Part shown: one piece after another, positions 40,111-50,325 of the stretch | Position numbering within the stretch: position 1 is the stretch's first letter | Layout of the letters: the number at the start of each line of letters is the position of its first letter | Assembly: GCA_964606285.1 (NCBI GenBank) | Contig: CAZSFP010000002.1 | Location: forward strand, 43,890-107,889 | Direction of reading: 5' to 3' | DNA: 64,000 nucleotides | DNA from: an uncultured Candidatus Saccharibacteria bacterium | GTDB taxonomy: Bacteria > Patescibacteriota > Minisyncoccia > Phycocordibacterales > UBA9973 | Position numbers and translations under genes: made by a program | Notes under the pieces: generated by a model | Told to the model about the DNA's origin: nothing | The model's database searches: none | Seen by the model: the letters and a program-made list of their open reading frames with translations, nothing else

Positions 40111-40200
40111 ATGGCAGCAAAAAAGAAAGCGAAGAAAGTCGCAAAAAAGTCAGCTAAGAAAGGTGCTAAAAAGAAAGCTGGCAAAAAGAAGAAGAAATAA
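40111..40200 (+). CDS. 29-aa Lys/Ala-rich histone H1-like peptide
   Basis: MAAKKKAKKVAKKSAKKGAKKKAGKKKKK; mixed AAA/AAG codons; terminator at ~40240-40265. Confidence 0.75.
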   Translation: MAAKKKAKKVAKKSAKKGAKKKAGKKKKK

Positions 40201-40401
40201 TATTTCTCTTCGCACTCTCTTCCAAATGTGCTCAAAACAAAAATCCCAGATGGCGGGGATTTTTGTTTTTTATCTGTCCTCATTCATGAGGGCAGATAAA
40301 AAACCCCTGCGTAGCTTTGTGCGAAGCAGGGTAATTGCTTTTAAAAATATTTTTTATCTTTGCTGCAGGGTCCATTTTGTGCTATACTCACCCGTATTGC
40401 T

Positions 40402-42849
40402 ATGTCATTTATCCAATCAATTTTCGGCGACAAGGGTACCCGATTTGCGCGATCAAATCGCTCTCTTGTTTCGAAAATAAACGCACTTGAGTCTTCTGTA
40501 CAAACGCTCTCTCCAGAAGATTTTCCAAAAAAAACCCAAGAATTTCGTGATCGTCTCGCGAAAGGGGAATCACTTGATGCTGTTGTTCCAGAAGCGTTCG
40601 CTTTGGTCCGTGAGGCAGCAAAACGGGTACTCGGACAACGTCACTATGATGTGCAGTTGATTGGTGGACTCGCACTCTATCAGGGTCATATTGCTGAGAT
40701 GCGAACCGGTGAAGGAAAAACACTTGTGGCAACATTGCCGGTCTATACGCTCGCACTTCGGGGCGATGGCGTGCATGTTGTCACAACCAATGATTATCTC
40801 GCACGTCGTGATGCGGTATGGATGGGACAAATCTACGCATACCTTGGACTTTCTGTCGGTGTTATCAATACACAGACGGTGTCATATCTCTACGATCCAT
40901 CACATACCGAAAAAGACGCAGAACGCGACAATGTCGGTGCATACAAAGTTGAATACGAATTTCTTCGTCCGTCATCACGCCGTGATGCGTATGCCGCCGA
41001 TATTACGTATGGTACGAACAATGAGTATGGTTTTGATTATCTCCGTGACAATCTCGTTGGCCACAAGAATCAGATCGTACAACGATCACATGCGGTGGCA
41101 ATCGTCGATGAAATCGACTCGATCTTGATCGATGAGGCGCGAACACCGCTCATTATCTCCTCTCCAGCAGAAGAATCTGGGGAACTCTATAATACATTTG
41201 CAAAAATCGCCGCTCAACTCGTGCCAGAGACGGATTATACGGTTGATGAAAAAATGCGTGCGATCCAGCTCACAGATGCTGGCATTACGCATGCAGAAAA
41301 ATTATTGGGTATTTCTGATATCTATACAGAACGCGGCATCAAATATGTACATCATTTGGAAACCGCTATTCGGGCAAAAGCACTTTTTATAAAAGACAAA
41401 GAATATACCGTCACAAACGGTGAGATTATTATTGTTGACGCCTCAACAGGACGACTTATGCACGGCAGACGTTACAACGAAGGATTGCATCAGGCGATCG
41501 AAGCCAAGGAGCACGTGACGATTCAAAAGGAGAGTCGGACAGCAGCATCTATTACATTTCAAAACTATTTTAGATTTTATAAACATCTCTGTGGTATGAC
41601 CGGTACGGCAAAAACATCTTCCGAGGAATTTTTCAAAGTCTACGGTCTCGAAGTCATCAGTATTCCGACACATCGGGCAATTGCGCGTCGCGATCACACG
41701 GATCTTGTCTACCAGACAGAGAAGGGCAAGTGGCGGGCGATTGCTGACAAGGTCACAGAGCTTCACAAAAAAGGCCAGCCGGTATTGATCGGAACTATTT
41801 CTATTGAAAAAAATGAATTATTGTCGGAATATTTGAAATCATATGGCATTCCGCATACACTGCTCAATGCAAAAAATCATGAAAAAGAAGGAGAGATTGT
41901 TGCCATGGCCGGTAAACGTGGTGCAGTCACGATTGCCACAAACATGGCGGGTCGCGGTGTCGACATCAAGCTTGGTGGTCCTGATGGAACACCAGCAGAT
42001 GCAGATGAAGTTCGTGCAGTTGGTGGTCTCTTTGTCCTTGGAACTGAGCGACATGAAGCGCGCCGCATCGACAACCAGCTTCGGGGGCGATCTGGTCGTC
42101 AGGGCGATCCGGGTGAAACCCAATTCTTCGTCTCGCTCGAAGATGATCTCATGCGTATTTTCGGATCTGATCGATTGAAAGCGATGATGGGACGGTTTGG
42201 TATTCCAGAAGAACAGCCGATCGAGAACAAGCTTGTCATGCGTGCACTCGAAAGTGCCCAGGAAAAGATCGAGGGCTTTCATTTTGATGCTCGAAAACAG
42301 ACACTTGAATACGACGATGTCATTAACCGTCAGCGTGAATCCATTTATACCCGCCGCCGATCCATGCTTGTTAGTGATAATGCATATATTCTCGAGTATG
42401 TCCTTGGTCTCATTGCGGGGGATACCAGAGAAAACATTATCAAAGAAAAAAGAACAATTTTGGGTGACGAGGCATTTTCTGATACTGCCCGCCGAATCAT
42501 TCTCTATACGACTGATATTCTCTGGGTGGAACATTTGGAAACTATGGAATACACCCGTCAGTCGGTAAACTTGCGGGCATATGGCCAGCGTGAACCTTTG
42601 ATTGAATACAAAAAAGAGGCCCTGATCCTGTTCCGGGACATGGAAGCGAGATTCAAAGATCAAGTCACCCAACTTCTTTCGACCCTTGATGTTGCGGTCA
42701 TAAAACAGTCAGAGCATCCGACAATAGAAGTAATTCCCGAGAAAAATAGTGAAAATACAGGAGAAAAGAAGGTAGGGCGCAATGATCCGTGCCCATGTGG
42801 TAGCGGTAAAAAGTATAAAAAGTGTCATGGTACCGAAACTGATGTCTAG
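40402..42849 (+). CDS. secA: Preprotein translocase ATPase SecA
   Basis: EMRTGEGKT, IVDEIDSILIDEARTPLIIS, QLRGRSGRQGDPG, SEC-C GRNDPCPCGSGKKYKKCHG. Confidence 0.99.
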   Translation: MSFIQSIFGDKGTRFARSNRSLVSKINALESSVQTLSPEDFPKKTQEFRDRLAKGESLDAVVPEAFALVREAAKRVLGQRHYDVQLIGGLALYQGHIAEMRTGEGKTLVATLPVYTLALRGDGVHVVTTNDYLARRDAVWMGQIYAYLGLSVGVINTQTVSYLYDPSHTEKDAERDNVGAYKVEYEFLRPSSRRDAYAADITYGTNNEYGFDYLRDNLVGHKNQIVQRSHAVAIVDEIDSILIDEARTPLIISSPAEESGELYNTFAKIAAQLVPETDYTVDEKMRAIQLTDAGITHAEKLLGISDIYTERGIKYVHHLETAIRAKALFIKDKEYTVTNGEIIIVDASTGRLMHGRRYNEGLHQAIEAKEHVTIQKESRTAASITFQNYFRFYKHLCGMTGTAKTSSEEFFKVYGLEVISIPTHRAIARRDHTDLVYQTEKGKWRAIADKVTELHKKGQPVLIGTISIEKNELLSEYLKSYGIPHTLLNAKNHEKEGEIVAMAGKRGAVTIATNMAGRGVDIKLGGPDGTPADADEVRAVGGLFVLGTERHEARRIDNQLRGRSGRQGDPGETQFFVSLEDDLMRIFGSDRLKAMMGRFGIPEEQPIENKLVMRALESAQEKIEGFHFDARKQTLEYDDVINRQRESIYTRRRSMLVSDNAYILEYVLGLIAGDTRENIIKEKRTILGDEAFSDTARRIILYTTDILWVEHLETMEYTRQSVNLRAYGQREPLIEYKKEALILFRDMEARFKDQVTQLLSTLDVAVIKQSEHPTIEVIPEKNSENTGEKKVGRNDPCPCGSGKKYKKCHGTETDV

Positions 42850-43079
42850 ACTCTAAAAATTACAAAATTTATTTAAATTATTGTCAAATCAAAATCGATA
42901 AAAAACCCTTATTTTATAAGGGTTTTTTATGTTTGACACCACTCAAAAATATGGTATAACTATTGACTTTTTATTCGCAATATGCTACTATATACTTGTA
43001 ATCCCGAAAGGGGTTTTTCATTTGGGATAACCACATGAACCAACCGTCACGATGTTCTACGGAGCACACACCGTCACTT

Positions 43080-43649
43080 ATGACTACAAAAACTACAACA
43101 GCATCTCGTATCTTTTATTCAATTATCATGCTTCCAATGATGTCCGCAGGACTCTCTATCGACCATGTCGATACGATCAATGTTTTGCCGGTTCCAACAG
43201 AAGGAGTATCGATCACAACTTCAATCTCAGAAGACGCAATCATCGAGCAGATCCGTAAGGAACGTGCACAGGCGATTGACGACTACTTTGCATCACGAAA
43301 CCTCCCGCTTGCGGGTTATGGTATGAAAATGGTTATCGAAGCTGAAAAGAATGGTCTTGATTGGCGTTTGATTCCAGCGATTGGTATGCGTGAATCAACT
43401 GGTGGTAAGTTTGCATGTAAAAGTGCCGACTACAGTCCATTCGGTTTCGGTTCATGCCGTATCGACTTTGATTCATATGATCATGCGATCGAAGTTGTTG
43501 CCCGTAACTTGGGTGGTAACAATCCTCGAACAAAGGGTAGTTATGCAAACAAGACGCTTGTCCAAAAATTGAAATCCTATAACTCGGTCATCCCGACCTA
43601 TACAAAAGAAATTTTCTCTATCATGAACAAGATTTCTCCAGACGCTTAA
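43080..43649 (+). CDS. Secreted lysozyme-like / glucosaminidase-like protein
   Basis: N-terminal hydrophobic segment; AEKNGLDWRLIPAI..REST.G...PFGFG...YN..PTY. Confidence 0.7.
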   Translation: MTTKTTTASRIFYSIIMLPMMSAGLSIDHVDTINVLPVPTEGVSITTSISEDAIIEQIRKERAQAIDDYFASRNLPLAGYGMKMVIEAEKNGLDWRLIPAIGMRESTGGKFACKSADYSPFGFGSCRIDFDSYDHAIEVVARNLGGNNPRTKGSYANKTLVQKLKSYNSVIPTYTKEIFSIMNKISPDA

Positions 43650-43673
43650 TCGTTTGGGCACAAAAAAATCCCG

Positions 43674-44228
43674 TCACATTGTGGCGGGATTTTGTGTTAC
43701 CGGAGGGAAGAAGTAATTTTCGAAATAGTTTCTGAATTCTGTGATTTTCTTCCAGAACTTTTTCCGAAATCGTGTTTTCTTTTCTCTGTCGCATGTTGCC
43801 TGTATTGCATAGAAGAGTGCTTCTTCTTTGTCCAAGAATTGACTTTTTATTTGAGATAAAGTTTCAATTTCTTCAATGATGAGCGACTCATATTTCTTTT
43901 TTTCAGGATCAGAAACGTTTACCAGAGAAGAACGAGATGGTTGTATTTCACGACACATAGGAGAAATATCATCCATAAAGGATTCAAATGATTGCCATCT
44001 GTTGTGTATTTTGTTATCAGAAAAATGACACGCAAACACTTCTCTCATGGAAATCATAAAATAACTTGATTTTCTTATCGCGCCAATTTTTTTCTTTTTG
44101 TTATAGAGTCGGAGTACGCGTTTTGCTAATACATATGTTTCGTGAAATTTTAATTTTTCTAATTCTTCTCTTGTTTTTAGTTTTTTGGGACGAATTATCT
44201 TTTTCTTTTTGTGATAATATCTTGGCAT
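43674..44228 (-). CDS. Hypothetical basic protein
   Basis: 184-aa ORF; TTGACA promoter at ~44281. Confidence 0.6.
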   Translation of the reverse strand: MPRYYHKKKKIIRPKKLKTREELEKLKFHETYVLAKRVLRLYNKKKKIGAIRKSSYFMISMREVFACHFSDNKIHNRWQSFESFMDDISPMCREIQPSRSSLVNVSDPEKKKYESLIIEEIETLSQIKSQFLDKEEALFYAIQATCDREKKTRFRKKFWKKITEFRNYFENYFFPPVTQNPATM

Positions 44229-44356
44229 TTCAAGGAATATAAAAGTTTTCTTTATTCTACGCTATTTTATGGTAGTGTCAACAGCTTCACAATGTACATT
44301 GACTTTAGAGGAATGGTGGGGTAGTGTGCTGGTAAACAATGTAAAAATTCTGTTCT

Positions 44357-45136
44357 ATGAAACCTCGTTTAGAAAAAATTGTTGAAGACAATAAAACCAC
44401 TGAAATAAAAGTATTTTTTAGAAATTCACTTTTGTTTCTCATTCCTTTCATTCTCTGTAGTGTGATTGTATTTTTACTGATATTTTTTGATGTTTGGTAT
44501 ATAAATACAGGCACAGAATTTGCTCGATATATCATACTTCCCGTTTCTGCGGGTCTTGTTCTTGGTGTTATTTTTTGGGTTATGTTTCCAAAGACAACAA
44601 TAAGAAAAATAGAACCGATAGAGATGTGGGTAAACAAAGATTCTCATATCGTTTTTTATCCTCAAACAAGATATAAGATACCTTCAGATGTATTTAAAAA
44701 GGAATTTAAAAATGTTTGTTCCATCAGCCTTAACTCCAGAGCTTCACTTACTATAGACATATCGTTTCTCAGAGAAGCCGAAGAGGTGCGAAAATTGCTT
44801 TGTTCTGTTGAGATCAAATGGAATGGTAGCGGTGGAGACATGCAAAGATTTTTAGATGAAGAAAAAGAGATCATAAAAATGGGGTTATTGTTTGAAAAAC
44901 AGATACAGTATGATAGCCCACAAGAGATCGATGTTCTCACTCCGTTTCTTTATTATCATCTTCCTGAAATGAAGAATCAAAAGGGAAAAGAACTTGCGAA
45001 ATTGTACAATCCTTCCAGTGCAGAACAGCAAGAATTGTATCGTACAATTATTCGCGATTATTTTGATAGTTTAGGATATAGACTTGTTATCAATGGTTCT
45101 TTCGCTCTTCCGGGAGAGATATATACACCTTGGTAA
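44357..45136 (+). CDS. Hypothetical membrane protein (2 TM)
   Basis: 259-aa AT-rich ORF with two N-terminal TM helices. Confidence 0.7.
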   Translation: MKPRLEKIVEDNKTTEIKVFFRNSLLFLIPFILCSVIVFLLIFFDVWYINTGTEFARYIILPVSAGLVLGVIFWVMFPKTTIRKIEPIEMWVNKDSHIVFYPQTRYKIPSDVFKKEFKNVCSISLNSRASLTIDISFLREAEEVRKLLCSVEIKWNGSGGDMQRFLDEEKEIIKMGLLFEKQIQYDSPQEIDVLTPFLYYHLPEMKNQKGKELAKLYNPSSAEQQELYRTIIRDYFDSLGYRLVINGSFALPGEIYTPW

Positions 45137-45175
45137 ATTAAAAAAAAAGACACACTGTGTCTTTTTTTTTGTTTT

Positions 45176-48100
45176 CTATATCACTTTTACCTGATCAGCA
45201 ATGATGCTTTTCTCACCGTTTCTGACAGAGATTTTTCCCTTTACTAGGAGACAAATATCGGGCTTTATAATGCTTTGTACTGTAACAAAAAGTTTTGGGA
45301 AAAAGACGACTTCGATCGATCCATCATAATCTGCAATTTTTACGAATGCCATCTGATCCTGTTTTTTTGTAAACACTGCTCGGACTGTTTCGATAATTCC
45401 AGCAAGCATAACTACTTGATCAGCTTTGCCAGAAACTAACATGTCTTTACTTGATCGTGGTAGTGCAAGTACTTTCTCTTTGATTCGGTCGAGTGGGTGG
45501 CCAGAAATATACAGGCCGAGCAAATCCTTTTCCCATACCAACTTCTCTTCGTTTGTTGCTGCTGGAGCTGGATCGAGATCAAGGTGCGAAGTGATGAGTT
45601 CCGGATTGAAACTAAAGAGTGATGTCTGCGTACTTGTTTTGACTGCATCTTTGTTAAATCCCAAGAGACGTTCCATGTTTGCGAGAAGTTGACCGCGTTC
45701 ACCGAATGCATCAAGCGCGCCGGATTTAATAAGTGCCTCAAGGGATTTTTTGTTGACGTTCTTGTGGGTGACGCGAGTGAGAAAATCTGACAGACTTTTA
45801 TACAGACCATTTTTTCGCTCGGCAATAATTGCGTCAGAAATATCAACACCGAGATTTTTGATCGTGTAGAGACCAAAGCGGATGGTACGGCTTTCGACGA
45901 GTGTTTTGCCTGTTTCTGGTGCGATACTGAATCCACCAAAACTTTCATTGATATCAGGAGGAAGAATGGCGATGCCCATGCGGCGGCATTCAGCAACGTA
46001 GATACCGATGGTATCGATATCACCAGATTCAGCAGTCATCATGGCGGTCATGTAGGCGACAGGGTAGTTTGCTTTCATGTAGGCGGTTTGGTACGCGACG
46101 CGACCGTACGATGCAGCGTGGGCTTTGTTGAAACCGTAGCCTTGGAATGGTTCGAACAGTGTCCAGATGAACTCTGCTTCTTTTTTGCTCATGCCGCTGT
46201 GCGATTGGCAACCATCAACGAATTTGACGTGCTGCTTCGCCATTTCTTCCGGAATTTTTTTACCGACAGCTTTACGAAATTTATCGACCTCATCCCAGTC
46301 ATAGCCGGCAAGTTCAATAGCCGTGAAGAGCAAGTCATCCTGATACACGAGGAGTCCGAGAGATGGTCCGAGATAACTTCGCATTTTGGGATGATAAAAT
46401 TTCACAGCACTTTTGCCGTGTTTTCGTTTGACATATTCGTCGATGTTCTGCATCGGGCCCGGACGATAAAGCGCCACCATCACGTTGATGTCGTGGATAA
46501 CAGTCGGTTTGAGTTCTTTGAGAATCTTGGTCATACCACCACCGTTGAGCTGGAAGACACCTTCTGTTTCACCGCGAGCAAGCATCATGTAGGTTTTTTT
46601 GTCATCAAGCGGGATTTTGTTGATGTCGATATCGACACCGTAGATGGTTTTGACGAGTTCAATACTCTCTGCAAGGAATGACAGGTTGCGAATTCCCAAA
46701 AAGTCGAATTTCGGTAAACCTGCGTCTTCGATCGAATACATATCGTACTGTGTGATGAGTTTTCCGCCTTTCGGGTCGAGTTGGATCGGCGTGAATTCGG
46801 TCATTGGACGAGGAGAAATAACAACCCCTGCTGCGTGAACGGAGATGTGTCGTGCACAGCCTTCGATTTTTCTCGCCATGTCCATGATGATTGGAACTTC
46901 ACGTTCGGTGTCGTACATTTCTTTGAGTTCGGGAACGAGTTCGAGCGCCTTGTCGATGGTCATTGGTGCACCTTGTGATCCCATAGGAATCAATTTTGAA
47001 ATACGATCGCCAACGTTGTATGGATAGCCGAGTGCGCGAGCAACATCGCGCACTGCACCACGTGCCATCATCGTACCGAATGTTCCGATCTGTGCCACAT
47101 TTTCTTCACCATATTTTTTACGAGCGTATTCGATCAATTCATCACGTCTGGTGTCAGCGATGTCCATGTCGATATCGGGCGGGGACGGACGAAATGGATT
47201 GAGAAATCGTTCAAAAGGGAGATCATAGTCAATCGGATTGATATTGGTAATACCACAAACATATGAAACGAAAGAGCCTGCTGCGGATCCTCGGGTGTTG
47301 GTTAGTATACCGTGCGCACGTGTATATGCCATGAGATCCGCCACAACGAGAAAGTATGATGGATATCCTTTCATTTTTATGACATCAAGCTCATATTCTA
47401 GGCGTTTGATTACAGTGTCTGTTTTTTCTAGTTGGAGACGTTCAAGTCCTTCATACGCCATTTTTTTGAGGGCATCATTTGGATCAGCATTGTCATCGAG
47501 CTTGTACTCAGGGAAGTACAATTTTCCAAGCTCTATTTCGAGATCAACAAGGTCTGCGACTTTTTGAGTATTGAGATATGCATCTGGAATTTCTTTGAAT
47601 GCATTCCATGCTTCGTCAGATGTTATGAATGAATAATTTCCATTCTTCATTGAAATTTTTGAAGCACCGACTTCACTGCCGGTGTTGATGGCGACGAGCG
47701 TGTCTTGGACTTCGGCATCTTCGGCATGGAGATAGTGTGCGTCCCAGGTGCCAACGATCGGTAGGTCCATATCTTTTGCTATGGCAACAATTGTCGGAAT
47801 AAGTGGCATGTACCAGTCGATCTCGTCATGCTTCATGATTTCAACAAAAACGGAATCTTTGCCGAAGCATTCGATATAAAATGCAAGCAATTTTTTCGCT
47901 TCCTCCAATTGATTATTTTTTACATAATGAATAAATCGACTGCCTGGACATCCGGAGAGACAAATAATCCCTTCACCATATTGTCGGAGAATGTCATGAT
48001 CCATGCGCGGTTTGTAATAGTAACCCTCGACGGATGCCATGGTCACTAGTTTCATCAAGTGTTTGTAGCCAGTTTCATTTCGGGCGATCAGTGTGAGGTG

Positions 48101-48373
48101 GTATCGTTTACTGTCGAGTGATGCATCTTTGTCGAGACGACTACGCTCCGCGATGTATGCTTCGACGCCGATGAGTGGTTTGATGCCTGCTTTTTTGCAT
48201 TCTTGATAAAACTCTATTGATCCGTACATTGCGCCGTGATCCGTGAGTGCAAGTGCGGTCATGCCGTCAGCTTTTGCTTTTTTGACGAGTGCGGGGATTT
48301 TTGACAGTCCATCAAGAAGGGAATAGTGCGAGTGTGTATGCAGATGGACAAATTTTTGTTCTGGACGATTCAT
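45176..48373 (-). CDS. dnaE: DNA polymerase III alpha subunit
   Basis: PHP FVHLHTHSHYSLLDG; RGSAAGS; PDIDMD; GFNKAHAASY; start set at ATG 48373 because the upstream ATG lies inside a repeat element. Confidence 0.98.
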   Translation of the reverse strand: MNRPEQKFVHLHTHSHYSLLDGLSKIPALVKKAKADGMTALALTDHGAMYGSIEFYQECKKAGIKPLIGVEAYIAERSRLDKDASLDSKRYHLTLIARNETGYKHLMKLVTMASVEGYYYKPRMDHDILRQYGEGIICLSGCPGSRFIHYVKNNQLEEAKKLLAFYIECFGKDSVFVEIMKHDEIDWYMPLIPTIVAIAKDMDLPIVGTWDAHYLHAEDAEVQDTLVAINTGSEVGASKISMKNGNYSFITSDEAWNAFKEIPDAYLNTQKVADLVDLEIELGKLYFPEYKLDDNADPNDALKKMAYEGLERLQLEKTDTVIKRLEYELDVIKMKGYPSYFLVVADLMAYTRAHGILTNTRGSAAGSFVSYVCGITNINPIDYDLPFERFLNPFRPSPPDIDMDIADTRRDELIEYARKKYGEENVAQIGTFGTMMARGAVRDVARALGYPYNVGDRISKLIPMGSQGAPMTIDKALELVPELKEMYDTEREVPIIMDMARKIEGCARHISVHAAGVVISPRPMTEFTPIQLDPKGGKLITQYDMYSIEDAGLPKFDFLGIRNLSFLAESIELVKTIYGVDIDINKIPLDDKKTYMMLARGETEGVFQLNGGGMTKILKELKPTVIHDINVMVALYRPGPMQNIDEYVKRKHGKSAVKFYHPKMRSYLGPSLGLLVYQDDLLFTAIELAGYDWDEVDKFRKAVGKKIPEEMAKQHVKFVDGCQSHSGMSKKEAEFIWTLFEPFQGYGFNKAHAASYGRVAYQTAYMKANYPVAYMTAMMTAESGDIDTIGIYVAECRRMGIAILPPDINESFGGFSIAPETGKTLVESRTIRFGLYTIKNLGVDISDAIIAERKNGLYKSLSDFLTRVTHKNVNKKSLEALIKSGALDAFGERGQLLANMERLLGFNKDAVKTSTQTSLFSFNPELITSHLDLDPAPAATNEEKLVWEKDLLGLYISGHPLDRIKEKVLALPRSSKDMLVSGKADQVVMLAGIIETVRAVFTKKQDQMAFVKIADYDGSIEVVFFPKLFVTVQSIIKPDICLLVKGKISVRNGEKSIIADQVKVI

Positions 48374-48388
48374 GCGATCAAAGTATAC

Positions 48389-48488
48389 CCCGTTAGACAT
48401 CGCCTGACAAATTGTTCCTATATACCATAATGCTTTTTTAAAATTCTTATTTTATACACAGTTCTCTGAGATGTTTGTGTCTAACGGG
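48389..48488. mobile_element. MITE-like inverted-repeat element (CCCGTTAGA family) with GTATAC direct repeats
   Basis: TIR CCCGTTAGACA/TGTCTAACGGG; GTATAC at 48383-48388 and 48489-48494. Confidence 0.72.
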
Positions 48489-48588
48489 GTATACCAGAGC
48501 GGCGCCTTGCTTGACAAAAAATATGAATTTGTCGTTGTGTACTCGGTGTCTTATCGTGTTTTCTGATATACTTTCAGAAAAGAATCAT

Positions 48589-48861
48589 ATGGATAAAATG
48601 TTCTCTCCTTTTATTTACCGCAAGATGGTTATCGTTCTCACGATCGTAAATATTACACTTCTTTGTGTAACACTTCTCTATTTTCTTTCTATTGAATATA
48701 TTCCACCTTTGTATCGGTCGTATGCATATGATGCGGGAATGTTAGTGTATATGAAAAACATTGTCGGGGTGTGTATACAGGCTGTTTGTATTGTTATCAA
48801 AGAGTCTTTTGAAAGAGACAGGGAATTGTGTTCTCAAAAAATTCTTGATTATATAATCTAA
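48589..48861 (+). CDS. Hypothetical membrane protein (start uncertain)
   Basis: Hydrophobic ORF followed by hairpin aaaacgcgcc-tat-ggcgcgtttt. Confidence 0.4.
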   Translation: MDKMFSPFIYRKMVIVLTIVNITLLCVTLLYFLSIEYIPPLYRSYAYDAGMLVYMKNIVGVCIQAVCIVIKESFERDRELCSQKILDYII

Positions 48862-48923
48862 AAGTAAAACGCGCCTATGGCGCGTTTTGTTGTATGTGTC
48901 GCCAAACGGGGTATACTCTCTAT

Positions 48924-49526
48924 ATGAAGACATCTATAGGTATTGATGAAGTAGGAAGGGGGCCGGTTGCTGGACCGGTGTCAGTGGGAGCAATGCAGGT
49001 CATAGGAAACAGGTTGCGGGGAATAGTAAAAAACACAGAAAAGATACTCGAAGTAAGATTGAAAGATTCTAAAAAGCTTTCAAGAAAACAACGGGAATTG
49101 TGGTTTGAACAAATAAAAGAATGGAAGAAAAAGAAATTATGTGATTTTATTGTTGTTTCTGTTACTGCAAAAGAAATAGATCAGATAGGTATTTCAAAAG
49201 CAATCCGTAAAGCATTGAAACGATCTCTCGCTGCACTTCGTCCAACAAAGCAGACACCCGTTCTTCTTGATGGTGGATTGAAGGCGCCAATAGAATTCAA
49301 AAATCAAAAAACTATCATCAAGGGTGATGAAAAAGAATCAGTTATCGCCCTCGCGTCCATTGTCGCCAAGGTAACCCGAGATAGGTATATGATAGTGCAA
49401 GCAAAAAAATATCCGGCATACGGTTTTGAAACAAACGTTGGATATGGTACAAAGAAGCAGTACGCGGCGATCAAAAAGCACGGATTGACGCCACTCCATC
49501 GCAAAACCTATCTCAAAAACTTATGA
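48924..49526 (+). CDS. rnhB: Ribonuclease HII
   Basis: GIDEVGRGPVAGPV, DSKKL, LDG, IKGD, ASIVAKVTRD, GYGT. Confidence 0.97.
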   Translation: MKTSIGIDEVGRGPVAGPVSVGAMQVIGNRLRGIVKNTEKILEVRLKDSKKLSRKQRELWFEQIKEWKKKKLCDFIVVSVTAKEIDQIGISKAIRKALKRSLAALRPTKQTPVLLDGGLKAPIEFKNQKTIIKGDEKESVIALASIVAKVTRDRYMIVQAKKYPAYGFETNVGYGTKKQYAAIKKHGLTPLHRKTYLKNL

Positions 49527-50245
49527 CTTATATATACGGTATTCATCCCATAGAAGAAATCCTCCTCACTGACAAAGGTGCGGTGACGAAAGTCTATTGC
49601 AAGGAAACGATCAAAATGCCAGACGGTATCCGTGAATTGCTCAAAAAGACAAAAGTGCCGTTTTCTTTTGTTCCTGAATATAAAATTGAAGCATTTGTCG
49701 GCGATGTCGTGCATCAGGGTGTTGTTGCTGAAATCACGCCTGTTCCGTTTGTTGAACTTGATTCATTTATCAAAACACTTGATCTCGATCAGAATCCCGC
49801 ACTGGTTCTCTTTGATGAACTCGAAGATCCAGGCAATGTTGGTGCGATTATTCGGACAGGTACCGCACTAGGTGTCAGTGGGTTTCTGTTTCCAAAACAT
49901 CGTCAGGTCCAAATTTCTGCCGGTGTCTACAAATCTTCTGCGGGAACGATCGGTCGCGTGCCACTTGTCCGTGTTGGCAACGTCAATGACACACTCCGTA
50001 CGCTCAAAGAAAAACGGTTCTGGATCGTCGGACTCGATGGGACTGCACCGACAACACTTTGGAAAGAAGACTTCGCCATGCCGATTGTTTTTGTGATCGG
50101 CAACGAAGGGGAAGGGCTTCGCGAAAAAACAAAAGAACTCTGTGATTTCCTCATTTCAATTCCTATGCAACACGGTGTTGAATCACTCAATGCATCTGTA
50201 TCCACAGCGCTTGTTCTAGGAGAATGGTACCGTCGGAGAGTATAA
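49523..50245 (+). CDS. rlmB: 23S rRNA Gm2251 methyltransferase (SpoU family)
   Basis: HQGVVA, DPGNVGAIIRT, GNEGEG, IPM...ESLNASVS. Confidence 0.9.
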   Translation: MTYIYGIHPIEEILLTDKGAVTKVYCKETIKMPDGIRELLKKTKVPFSFVPEYKIEAFVGDVVHQGVVAEITPVPFVELDSFIKTLDLDQNPALVLFDELEDPGNVGAIIRTGTALGVSGFLFPKHRQVQISAGVYKSSAGTIGRVPLVRVGNVNDTLRTLKEKRFWIVGLDGTAPTTLWKEDFAMPIVFVIGNEGEGLREKTKELCDFLISIPMQHGVESLNASVSTALVLGEWYRRRV

Positions 50246-50325
50246 TAGATTGTAACAACCTTTCATTTTTATCTAAAGACATTTTTTAAATGTCTTTTTG
50301 ATCAGATGAAAGAATTTTTATTCTC

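Noticed and set aside
48374-48400. N-terminal extension MSNGVYFDR of DnaE
   Set aside because: Derived from the repeat element end and the -10 box; the ATG at 48373 fits better.
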